Part shown: positions 36,246 through 48,400 of the stretch, one piece after another
Numbering within the stretch: the stretch's first letter is position 1
How the letters are laid out: the number at the start of each line of letters is the position of its first letter
Source: Camelus ferus
Taxonomy: Eukaryota
Length of the DNA stretch: 64,000 bases
Assembly: GCF_009834535.1 (NCBI RefSeq)
Contig: NC_045717.1
Location: 23,126,001-23,190,000 of the forward strand
Direction: 5' to 3'
Made by a program: the position numbers and the translations under genes
Notes under the pieces: model-generated
Database searches by the model: none
Told to the model about the DNA's origin: nothing
The model's input: the letters and a program-made list of their open reading frames with translations, nothing else

Positions 36246-36274
36246 AATTTTAACTCTTTTCTTTAATGTTTACA

Positions 36275-36790
36275 TATATTTTTATTGAAGTATAGTCAGT
36301 TTACAATGTTGTGTTAATTTCTGGTGTACAGCATAATGCTTCAGTCATAGATGAACATACATATATTCATTTTCATATTCTTTTTCACCATAAGTTACTA
36401 CAAGATTTTGAATATAGTTCCCTATGCTTTACAGTATAAACATTATCTATTTTATGTATATTAGTTAGTATCTGCAAATCTCAAACTCCCAGTTTATCCC
36501 TTTCCACCCACTTCACCCCCTGGGAACCATATGTTTGTTATCTATGTCTGTGCATCTATTTCTGTTTTGTAAATAAGTTCATTTGTCATTTTTTTCTTTT
36601 TTTTTTAGATTCCACATATAAGTGATATCATATGGTATTTTTCTTTCTCTTTCTGGCTTACTTTACTTAGAATGACAATCTCCAGGTCCATCCATGTTGG
36701 TGCACATGGCGTTATTTTATTATTTTTTATGGCTGGATAGTATTCTATTGTATAAATATACCACAGCTTAACTATCACTCTTAAGATACT
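36275..36790 (-). mobile_element. Artiodactyl-type L1 3' end
   Basis: TTTTATTGAAGTATAGTCAGTTTACAATGTTGTG...TCCAGGTCCATCCATGTTG. Confidence 0.88.
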
Positions 36791-37816
36791 GAGATTGGCT
36801 GTATTTTCTTATTCCAGCAATGAACCGACCCTGCCCAGTAATACACTAGATAATATCAAATTGTTTTCCAAAATGGTCAGTAACCTTCCATTTCCAGCAG
36901 TGAGGGATAAGCATTTCCTTGTGTCTCATCCTCACCAATACTTTTTTTTCGTAGAAGGGAAAAAAAATGATATTTGTTATCTTAAGGCAGTTAACGGTAT
37001 AAGAGGGGAGGCTGAACGGATAAGAATAAGCACATTGAGTGTTTTTATAGTATATTTTGGAGTGTGTTGTGAGTTCACATACATAGTTCTGTTTTATACT
37101 TACACTACGCTGTGAGGGGAACATTGTTTTCCTCATTTTAGAGTAGGAAAAACTAACACAAACGATTAGGTCATTTTCCTGCGCTCAGTCAAGCTAGTAA
37201 TCTGTAGGACAAAGACGTTTGTCTCCAAATAAGGTTGGGTGTTTTTTTCTCTTTGCTTCTCTTTATTTTTAATTGTAGTATAATTGATTACAATGCTGTG
37301 TTAGTTTTGCTCACGAACACTTTTGATTTGCCAACTTGAATTTTTTAATTTTGAAATATTTCTATTGCAACAGAAAAGTTGCAAGAGGACAGTGAACTGC
37401 CGCGTGCCTTTCACGCACATTTACCAATCACTAACATTTTGCTGTATTTTCTCTCCTTCTCTCTTCTTGCAGAACTATTTCAAAGCAACTTGTGGACGTC
37501 ATGTCCCTTCACCCCTAAATATTTAGGCATGTATCTCCTAAGAACTGGGACACTCTTTTACATCCCCACCATCCATCTCCAGAACTTTCTCATCTTCCCA
37601 AACAAACTCTGTCCCCATTAAACACATAACTCCCCATTCCCCACCTCCCAGCCCCTGGCCCCCACATCCTTTCTGTCTCTATGGACTTGACTCCTCTAGG
37701 GAACTCCTATAACTGGAATCATACAGTATTTGTCTTTCTGTGTCTGTTCTTTCACTGAGCATCATGTCCTCAAGGTTTATCCATAACGTAGCATATGTCA
37801 GAATTTCTTTCTTGTT

Positions 37817-37903
37817 TAAAAATAAAATTTATTAATTATTATTTTTTAATGGAGATACTGGGGATTGAACCAGAGCCCTAACACTGAGCTATATACCCTC
37901 CCC
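37817..37903 (-). mobile_element. tRNA-derived SINE with internal deletion
   Basis: GGGGATTGAACC...CACTGAGCTATA with the anticodon region missing. Confidence 0.75.
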
Positions 37904-38178
37904 TTCCTTCCTTTTTAAGGTTGAGTAATATTCCTTTGTTTGGATGGATCATATTTTGTTGATCCATTCATACACCCATTAAAAAACCTAAATCAATTAC
38001 TTAAAAAAAAACTCTTCATATTGAAATAATTATACACTCAAAAGAAGCTGCAAAAGTTGTACAGAGAGCTTTCTTGTATCCTTTACTCAGATTTCTCCAA
38101 GGGTCCACCTTAGGTAATTATACAATTTCAAACTCGGGGGATTTACATTGATCTGATTTCAGCTGCTTTTACATTCAC

Positions 38179-38211
<33 letters not shown>
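38179..38211. repeat. (TG)n microsatellite
   Basis: Read directly from the sequence. Confidence 0.95.
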
Positions 38212-38215
<4 letters not shown>

Positions 38216-38559
38216 CAGTTTCTTTACCTGTATAGACTTATGTAACCATCTCTGGAATTATAAGGCTTCAATCACCTTTTTAAACAGAGATTTGTAACCC
38301 TGTGGTGAATGGAAAGTGGCTAGACCAGCCATAAGACAAGTTCATTTAAACATAAACACAATGTGAACAATGTCACTGCATTCTGTCTGGATACTGTTAC
38401 CTGCTGATGGGCTTTTCATTAAACAGAGGGATTAAGTGTTAGGCATAAACATGTATTAGCGCCAAGCAAGCCCCTCTCCTGAAACTATTGAGAACCGAAG
38501 AGGGAGTGGATTTCTTGCCACAGTTCAGTGATTCTGGATGCAGGGCCGCCATCACAACT

Positions 38560-38740
38560 TGTCTTCCTAGGGAAACACTGTGTCAGCCGCTAAATCTCCA
38601 CAGTAGCCCTAAGAGGGAGATCCTGTTATTATGGCTATCTCATAGGTGCGAAAACAGGCTCAGAGAGGTGAATTCACTTGCCCAAGGCCACACAGCTTAG
38701 GAAGGGGAAGAACTCAGTTCAAACTCACGCCTGTCTGCCT
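38560..38740. mobile_element. MIR SINE remnant
   Basis: GAAAACAGGCTCAGAGAGGTGAATTCACTTGCCCAAGGCCACACAGCT. Confidence 0.75.
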
Positions 38741-39475
38741 CACAAACCAGACCTTTTCCACAGCCTGGGAAGCCAGGACTCGGGATCCCAGGCCTGGAAC
38801 TCCACAGAGTCCTCCTCCCAGGGGGGCTTTGAAGGTGGCCCCTGGTGGAAGCTGGGACGCTATAGGTGTAGGAGAAATGGCTTCAACCCAGCCCAGATGG
38901 GAAGACTGAGGCCCCCATTGGAGGTTCCATTAGCAAGGACTCCAAGGGAGCAGAGCGGAGCCCTTTGGGTTGGGCGTGCAGCTGTTTGGCCCTGATCTCG
39001 GAAGCAGCGGCATTGGAGCTTTGATGGTGTCAAGGTAGTAAAACTTAATGGTTAGGAGCTGGGAGTCCGGAGCCTGTGTGTCACCACCTTGCATCTGTCT
39101 GCACAGATGACTTTGCTCTCTGCCTCGGTTTGCCCATCCGTAAAGTGGGGATGGCCAGACTGCTCATCCCAGTGGGAACATCATCACGGTCATCATTGTT
39201 GTTCTTTGAAATTACTGTTCTGAAAAACAGGACTCCTAGTGGGCAGGGATGGGAGGTCCCCCTTCCCACTCACCCCCGCCCCGCCAGGGCAGCCACCACC
39301 ACCTCTCAACCAGGCTGTTCTGGTGCAATCAGGGAGCTGTCCAGCAGGTTTTTCCTCTTGGCCTGCCGCAGGGCACCCAGCTGTCCTCTTCCCACCTCAT
39401 CTGGGACTGGCCCTCCCAGACTCGCACGCTCCTCTCTGCCAGACGCAGCCAGCGGGCAGCAGACACTGCATCAGG

Positions 39476-42400
39476 ATGCCCAGCATCTTTGCCTACCAGA
39501 GCTCCGAGGTGGACTGGTGTGAGAGCAACTTCCAGCACTCGGAGCTGGTGGCTGAGTTCTACAACACGGTGAGGACTGGGTGTGAGGGCTGGTGGGACTG
39601 TCTCACTAGATTGGGGGTGATGTTCAAGCCCTAGCTCCTCCACATCCTTGCTGGGAAATCCTGCTGGAGCGGTTCCCTTCTCTGAGCCTTGGTTTGCTCA
39701 TCTGTTAGGCAGGGCCTGCTTGCCGGCTTTCATTCACTAGTCTGTCTTTATTTGGCATAAGGCTCTGTGGTAGGTTCTAGAAACTCAGCCATGCAGCAAA
39801 AGAACTGATCTCTGCTCTCCTGGAGCAAAGGACATGGGTGTGACTCCAGACAGTCACAAGCCAGGGTGATGGTGCTGTGATGGGAGGTGCACAGGCAGCT
39901 TCACAGAGCCCAGAGGCAGCTCCTGAGCCTCTCTGATGGAGGAGTGGATCAGGGAGGGCTTCCTGGAGGAGGCAGCTGTATCCCCAGCCCCAGGTGACCA
40001 ACTCATCCTGATTTGCGGGGACTCTTCTGGTCTCGGCACTGTAAGTCTCATGTCCCAGGAAACCCCTCAGTTCTAGGTCATCCTTCCTCCAGCTCCTGCT
40101 ATGGGGGCCATGTTGGAAGGGCTCAAAAATCTTGGATGCCTAGATGGTAGTGGCTTTTAACTAAAGCTTGAAAGATGCAGCCAAAGGCACGTGCAGGCAT
40201 GCGCTCCTGTGCAGGGTGCTGGGGACATCATGAAGAAGGCGGTTTGCTTGAGTCCCTGGACTCCTAGGATGGTGGGTAACGAGGCATCATCCTTTGCTCT
40301 GTGCCCTGCACCTAGTACATGCTAATAAATGGCGAGCATGCAATCATGTGTGTGAACAGGGGCCTTTACTGAGCACTTACTGTGTGCCAGGCATCATACT
40401 AAACATTTGGCCTGACAAACCTCATTTCCTCTTCACAGTGGCATTGTGTGCTAGGCACAACATACAATGTATAGAGTTAATCCCAGTTTCTAGGCAAGGC
40501 GAGGAAGCTGGCATTCAGGGAGGTTGAAAGATATGCGCAGGGTCACCCAGGTACTCAGAGCTGGGATTTGAACGTAGCAGGACCAGGAGAGATTTTTTTT
40601 GGAGGTGGGGAGAGGACCAGAGGGCTGGCATGCCCAGGTTGCTCTGACTCTGTTACCTTTGACCTCACTACTTCTCAGGGCTAAGAGGCAAGAGTTTGAG
40701 ATTCAAGGGGTCCCTGACACCACCCCAGCTTTTGCTTCTCCTGATCTAGAGGTACTGACCCTTTCTGGTCCTCAGTAGCCTCCCCTGTAAAATGGGAGGG
40801 GGCTGAGTGTGCCGGTGCCTGGAAGCTGAGAAGAAGATCTAGGGTTCTGGAACCCTCCTCTCTGCATTCCCCAGCAGTCCCTGCAGTCCAGAAAGTTCCC
40901 TGTGCAGCCCACCCCACAGAAGGCAAGGAGAGAGGGCTGGCTTAGGTGCGGGCTGTGCTCTCAGACAAAATTTCCCTCTATCCTACTGTTCTTTGTCCTG
41001 TCTCTAAATTTTTTTTTTTTGTCTCTTTTGGTAGGGGAAGGTAATTCAGTTTATTTATTTATTTATTTGATTGAGGTACTGGGGATTGAACCCAGGACCT
41101 CGTGCATGCTGAGCACACGCTCTACCCCTGAGCTATGCCCTCCCCCTTAGCCTGTCTCTAAATGTAGTATATTGAAGAACCACCAGACACTCACCAAAGC
41201 TGCAGGTATAAAACTCATCCCAGTCATGACACACATTTACAGGTTTCTGTATCATCATCACCCAGTACCTGCCTTTCCAAATACTTAACAAACGGAAACA
41301 AAAGTTTCACTAAACGGGACTCATCTTTCCCTGTTGTGAATGCGCTGGGAACCGTTTTGTATACCTTCTCTTCTGTTCTGCCAAAAAGGCTCTGGCAAAT
41401 AGCACAGGGCATGAGGAACTGAATCTGAGTTATGTTATAAAGGGTTCCCTCAAGACTCTCTCGTCCTGCACACTTCTGAGTGCCCCAAACCCATCACCAT
41501 AGCTAATAAGTCATATAGTGCAGGGGTCGAGCAGCTTTTTCTGTAAAGGCCAGACAGGCAATAGTTTTGTCTTTTGGGGCCATATGGTCCCTGCCACAAC
41601 TACTGGAAGCAGCCACAGACTATGTGGAAACAGGAGGGTGTGGCTGTGTACCAATAAAACTTTATTTGTGGATGCCAAGGTGTGAGTTTCGTGTCAATAT
41701 CACAAGCTATTGTCCCTCTTTCCATTTTTGCAACCTTTTAAAAATGTAAATGTCATTCTTAGCACAGCGGTCACATTAAACAAGACTGTGGGCTGAATTT
41801 GGCTCAGGGGGCTGTAGTCTGCCAGCTGCTGATATAGTTAGATTGAAAAAAACAAATAGAAAACGATAAAATTTTTTCTTTTTTGGCCTTTCAAATCAGA
41901 AATTAAAAATTAAAAGTAAGTAAACAAACCTAATTACCCGCCCCCAAAAAACCAAGCCCACTGAAAAAAAGAAATTAAAAATGAGTTTTGTTTTTTTTTA
42001 ATGGAGGAACTGGGGATTGAACCCAGGACCGATGCATGCTAAACATACGCTCATCCATTGAGCTAAACCTCCCCTCAAAAAAAAATCAGTTTATTTTTTA
42101 ATGAATATGAGCATACTCACACAGGCTTCCTGTGAGCAAACTGACCACTTGTGTCAAGACATCAGTTTACAGATAACCTGCACCCTCGACTCTGTCACTG
42201 TTCCTTTAGGAACTCTCACCAAAGAGATGATCCCTGTAGCTGGCAAGGTTTGTATACAAAGTCATCTCTGAGGCATTTGCAATTGCGGTCACTAAATGAA
42301 TGAATAAAAAGGAAGCCATAACATTTTCACCAATCTGTGTAGGGCCGAACGCCTGTCAAAATACGACGCTGCTGTCTAGAAGTGTGCTTTTGATCTAGGG

Positions 42401-45400
42401 ATGTAAATGAAAGACAAAAAATGCAGCAGGAAAATTTTAAAAATCTATTCACATGGATTTTATCACAATTTGCTTAGGAGTCATGACTCATAATTGGAAA
42501 ATGGTGCTTTCTGAAGAATCTTTGTTTCTCTCACTGATCTGTTTGCAAGGAGCTCTGAGCCTGGGGTTTGGAGAGGTAGAGCCCAGCCCCACACAGTCAG
42601 GGTACAGAAGAAGGAAGCGCTGGAGGACTCAGCTCAGGTGTTGGGACGCTTCATAGAGGAGAGCACCTAGGAATTGAGTTTTGAAGGATGAATAGGAGTT
42701 TGCCAAGTGGAGTAGGAGTCTGGGAAAGGGAACAAAAGAAAATAAAAGGATGTGCCAAGTCCTAGAAGTAAAAGAGGGATGGCCAGCTCAGGGGTGGGGT
42801 AGGTCTCTGTGGCTAAAATATGGAGAGAACTAAAGATAAAGTTTTGAATGCTGAGTTAGGGTGTTTGAAATTTAACCTGTATTCATTGATGGACTCATTC
42901 ATTCAACAAAAAGTCTATAAACCAACCTGTGCTGGGTGATCCAGAGGCTCAGTACCCCCATGATGTGGAGAGGGGTGGTTCAGAATTAGGAATGGACTCT
43001 GCCAGCCCCATGGTTAGCGCGTGGCAAAGGGAGAAACAGGGCCAGAAGTGGGAGGCTGGGGAATCACGGGGGTGGGGCGTGAGGCCTCTGTGCGTTGAAT
43101 GGGGACAGAACCTCAATGTTAAGGAATGAGTAAGTGTTCTCTACAGGGCGTGGGGCAAAGGGAACAGCAGAGGTCTTGAGGTGAGAGAGAACAGCTGGTA
43201 GCTTGAAGCCAGAGCCCGGGCTGCCTGCTCAGTGGGGAGGGACAGAGGATGAAAAAAGGGCTGGTAAGGTTTCCAGGGGCTCAATCGGGAATGCCAGGCA
43301 GAGAAACGTGTACTCTATTGTGACGGTGCCGGGGAGCCATGGCTGACTTTGGAGCAGGGGAGAGTCGATGACGCAGGGCAGCTGGGACACCTGGATGCAT
43401 TTCACAGAATGGCCAGGAAGGCACAACCCACAGGAACAGAGGTCAGGGGTGTGGGAGGGGCTGGGCAGAAGTCAAAGCATGAGCCACTCCAGTCGACACC
43501 TATTTGCTTTAGCCTCGTGGCCTCCAGGTGTGGCCTCGTTTGGGCTCCTGCCTACTTAGGAGAGTTACAAGGGGGATGGGAAGATGTTTCAAGGCCCCCC
43601 AGCTCCCAGAAGCAGCCGTGCTGCTTAGCCTATTCCCTGGGATCCTCCCAAAGCTTTGGAAGCTCCGCATCTCACCCTCTCTAGAAAGCTCTTTCTCAGA
43701 TGCTCAGACCTGGAACAAAAGGATGACCTGCCAGGCATGGGGAATGGCATAGGAAAGGCTCAGAGGTGGGGATGAGTAGGGGACATTGGGGTTGGGGCTG
43801 GTATCGGAGAAACAGAGAGATCAGAGCAGGGAGGGGTGCGTGTGTGGTGTAGGCTGCAGTGCCCAAATCTCCAACAGCTTGCCCACCACCTCCTCCAAAA
43901 ACCTTCACACTGCTGGCCTGTGCAGTGTGCTGATTCCAGCCCCTCTCTTCCCTGTATGCTGTGTGACCCAGGCGGAAGGCCCGCCCCTCTCTGAGTGCCT
44001 GGCTATGACAGGCAGGTCCCATGAGCTCTAAACCACACCTCCCTCTTCTATCGCGCTCCTCCTCAACTTTCACAGCAACAGCAACTCATTGCCGGGCACC
44101 TCTAGTGTGGCAAGTCCCGCAGAATGTGAGGAGGGTGTGGTCCCTGCCCTCAGGGAGGGCAGATGATGTTAATTGAATAATTACATACATGATATTGGTG
44201 ACCATGCCCATAACATCCTGGCCCAGACTCCATGGGTCCCCTGGACCTCTTTTCTCTTTCAGTAAAATAGGCATTGGTGATTCCCACCCTATTGGCCTCT
44301 TGGGGCTGACACGGGGATCTGATTCAAATGACCGCTTCATTTCACTCTTCATTCAACAGGAATTGATTAAGCCAGGCACTGTTCCAGTTCTGGGGACATA
44401 GGAGTGATCAAAAGAGACAAAAAAACCGCCTGCTCCCATGGGGCTGGTGTCCTAGTGGCTGGAGGAGACAGGCAATAAACAGAAGTCAAGGGTGTGGGAT
44501 GCCAGGCGGCAGGGCATGCTAGGGAAGGGAAACTCATTCATTCATTCCTTTTATTCAGCAAACATTTACTGAGTACCTATGCAGACAGGATACAGCTGTG
44601 GGGTGCTAGCAATACTCAACTCATAGGACCATGGAGAGGATGAAACAGCTATAGGACATCCCAAATGTCCATCAGTGGATGAATAGATAAACACAATATG
44701 GTCCATTCATACAATGGAATATTATTCAGCCATGAAAAGGGGTGAGGCACTGACATTCACTACAATGTGGATGAACTTTAAAAACATGATGCTCAATGAA
44801 AGAGGCCAGACCCAAGAGATCACAAAGTATATGATTCGACTGATACAAAACATCCAGAACAGGCTTATCCACAGAGACAGAGAGTGGATTCATGGCTGCC
44901 AGCAGCTGGGGAAGGAGAAAGGAGCATGATTGCTAATGGGGATGAGAGTTCCTTTTAGGGTGATGAAAATGTTCTGGAGTTGGCAGTGATGGCCACACAA
45001 CTTTGAACAGATTAAGATCTGCTGACTTGTACAGTATTTTTTAATTATTATTTCTCTTTTTTTTTATTGAGGCGTAGTTGATTTACAATGTTAGTTTCAG
45101 CTGTACAAGTGATTCAGTTATACATATACATACATATATTTATTTATTTGTTATTTAAAATTTTTTTCTCTCTTCCTCCCTTTATTTTTTTCTATTTTTT
45201 CCAGTTTTATTATATAGAATTATTACAATTCGACTGCACATACACATTATATTGCATGTAAATACATATAAACAGTATACTGCACATTTTTTTTAGCTTT
45301 CATATATGTACTAATTATTGCTTCTAAGGACAGGTTAGACCTTTAACGTTTTAAACTTACATAGTTACCAAAGGAATAAAGCCAACTACAAAATAAGAAT

Positions 45401-48400
45401 CAACAGAATGTGGCAATCCAATCATAATATATATATTTATTTTTCAGTTTCTTTTCTATTATGGTTCATTACAAGAAATTGAATACAGTTTTTTTAAGTT
45501 AATTAATTAATTTTTAATGGCGTTAGTGGGGATTGAACCCAGGACCTCATGCATGCTAAGCATGCACTGTACCACTGAGCTGTATTCACCCCTCCTTGCA
45601 CACTTTAAAAGAGTGAATTTGATAGTATGTGAATTATATTTTAATTTTAAAAACATAGGTATTTTTTAAAACTTAGTGGTCCTGACACAGCCTAAGCATT
45701 GAATAAGTTCAAGCTATTATTATTAGTAGTAAATATAGCATAGAGAGAAAGTGTTAATATGTTAATTTTATTTGATATTTATTAATTTTATTTAACAAAT
45801 AGCACTCACTGTAATCATCATAACAATTCTTATTCTCCGCATTTTACAGATGGGGGAAATAAAGGCTCAGAGAGGGTATATTTCCTTCCCAGGTTGCACA
45901 GCATGTAAATTGCAAGGGCACAAAAATTGCCAGTGCACAAAAGGGCCGAGTTAAACCCCGATCACCTAGTCCCAGAGTCTCCCACTTACCCACAGTGCTG
46001 TGAGGCCACTCAGCTACAGAGTTAGTAACCATGAATTGTGTGCATCTTAATTCATGTTGGTAAGCCCCGTGAGGGAAGACCGTGGCCAGTGCTCTGGCTC
46101 CATGCCCCCAGCCCAGCACCAGCATTCCTGTGCACACATGGAACAGATGCAGACAGGGGTCCTCAACAGGTGACAGGGCCGGGCATGGATGGTGGGTGCT
46201 TGAACTTTGGCAATGGGCCAAAGACAGAGCCAGGAGTGGTTTGGCCATGTTAGTTGATTCAACTGATGCTACAGGTTTTTCTTAAGTGCCTGTTGGGTGC
46301 CCAGTGTGATGGGTTGAGGACACAGCTGGGGATAAAACAGGATGTTTCCTGTCCTTGGGGAAGTTGCAGTCCAGTCAGGAGGGCAGAGACAATAAAGGAG
46401 TAAAAACTGAATCAATGGAATTTCCTCGAGTGAAATGGGAGAGAACCTGTGAGAGAGCGAGGGGTGTGGCTGTGGTTTTAGCCCAGGATGGTTGGGGTAA
46501 TTGAGAAAGGCTGAGGTGGAGAGTCAGGTCGGTTTCCTCCCTCCCCTCCCTCCTTCCTCCCTCCCCTCCTTCCCTCTCTCCATCTCTCCTCCTTTCCTTC
46601 TTCCAGTCCTAAGGAATCCAGCCACCCCCACTTCCCAGACACCCTGCTGGGTACTGGTTGTCCAAAAAGCAAAGCCTTCTTCAATCATAGCCTCCCCGGG
46701 GAACACAGCCATTACAGCACATGCGCCAGGCACGTGTGTGCCTTGTTTACATGTATTCTTTGCATGCCTTATTCTCTGCAAAAATCCACTGAGCGCCTCC
46801 TGTGGGCCAGGCACTGCTGTAGACACCAGGGGCTTTGCAGCAGTGAACAAAATGCCAAGCCTCCCCGGCCTCGGCGGCTCTTGGTTCTCTAATCCTCACT
46901 GTGGCACTTGGAAATAGGACCTCTGTTTTAGAGAGGAGGAAAATGAGGCGCAGGATGGCCCCCAGACCCTAAGCGGATACCCTGTGAAGGCAGGGACTTT
47001 GTTTTCAGGCACTGGAAAGGTCCTTGAGCACATTGGAGGTAATGAATGAATGAATGAATGAATGAATGAATGAATGAATGAATGAATGAATGAAGGGAGG
47101 TGAAGGCACCTGCTGGGGCTGGGACCCAGGGAATCCAGCTCACGTATGCCCAGCGTTCAAGGCTGGGTTGGTTCTGGCCACAATCCTGGGCGGATTCCTC
47201 GCCCGCATCTCCACGTCTGGGCAGAACCTGTAGTTGGGAAACGTGGGGGCCCAAGCCCAGAGGGCAGGGAGGGGGACCCTGGCACCAGGGCGGTCTCTGA
47301 TGCTATTGGAGCCATTGGAGCTCATTAGTCATAGGTGCCGCCTGCTGCTCTGTCCTCATTCTGCTCGATTAGGGGCATTACTGAGAACGCTTGTCTTTGT
47401 TCTGTTGGCCACCGAGCTTGGAGCATCTATACCAGTCGTAAGCCTGTTATTATTACCTCCTTTAACAATAACAAGAGCAGCAGCAGCCTTTGCTATTTAC
47501 TGAGCCAGGACTATGTCCTGGGTAAGGTAGCCTTCCAATGCCTCGCCTCATGCTTCCCCCTAACAGGGCAGCCTTCATCCCACCACACGGTAGCATTGGT
47601 GGTCCTTTCCCATTTTACTGATGCAGGAAAGGGGGGCCCAGAGACATTAGGTCACACAGCCAGGAAGCAGGGAGGTCCCTCTTAATCATCACCACCGGTC
47701 TAGTCCTCCTGTCTTTCAAATCAAGGGGTAAAAGCTAACTTCGGCATCCCCCGGAGCTGTGCAACCTCAGAGAAGTCACCCCACCTCTCTGAGACTCAAG
47801 CTCCTGATTGCCAAACAAGAACTAGAAAGCCAGACCTTGTTGGGTGTGCAAGGGTTAAAGACAATCTGTAAAGTCATGTGGTCAAGAGATTAGGAGGTTA
47901 CAGCTGTAGCGCCTCCTAGTAGGGCCTTTCTAGATGCGAGACCCTGTGCAGGCGTTCTCATGCACGTGACAGGCGATGCGCCTGGACTGTTCTGAGATCC
48001 AGTCATGGGACATATTTGTTGAGCACCTGCTATATTCTGGCTCCTGAGGCTATAAGGCAGAATGGGGAAGCCACAGTCCCTGTTCTCCAAGCCAGGTTTA
48101 GCAGGAAACCCAGACTGTTCCAGAAGAGCTGAACAGGTGTCAGGAAAGTGGGATGGCTCGGGGCGTAAAGGCAGACCACCTGGCTCTGCCTAAGGGATTG
48201 GGAAGGCGTGAGGGAGAAAGTGATTTCCAGGCTAAAGGCAGAGCAGCTGGCCTGGCAGAGACGGGTGAGTGGGAACGAGAGCCTTCCAGGCAGTGGGAAC
48301 AATATGTGCAAGCTCCTGGAGGTAAGAGGTAAGGATACGGATGGCTCATTCACAGGAACTGAGTTTTTCCTTCCGCTGGGATTATAAAGTTGAAGGTGGA

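Larger units (their letters stand above)
37330..38260 (-). mobile_element. Old L1 remnants (L1MC/ME- and L1MB-like) with a nested SINE
   Basis: AGAAAAGTTGCAAGA...CACCCCTAAATATTTAGGCATGTATCTCCTAAG and CCAGAACTTTCTCATCTTCCCAAAC. Confidence 0.65.
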
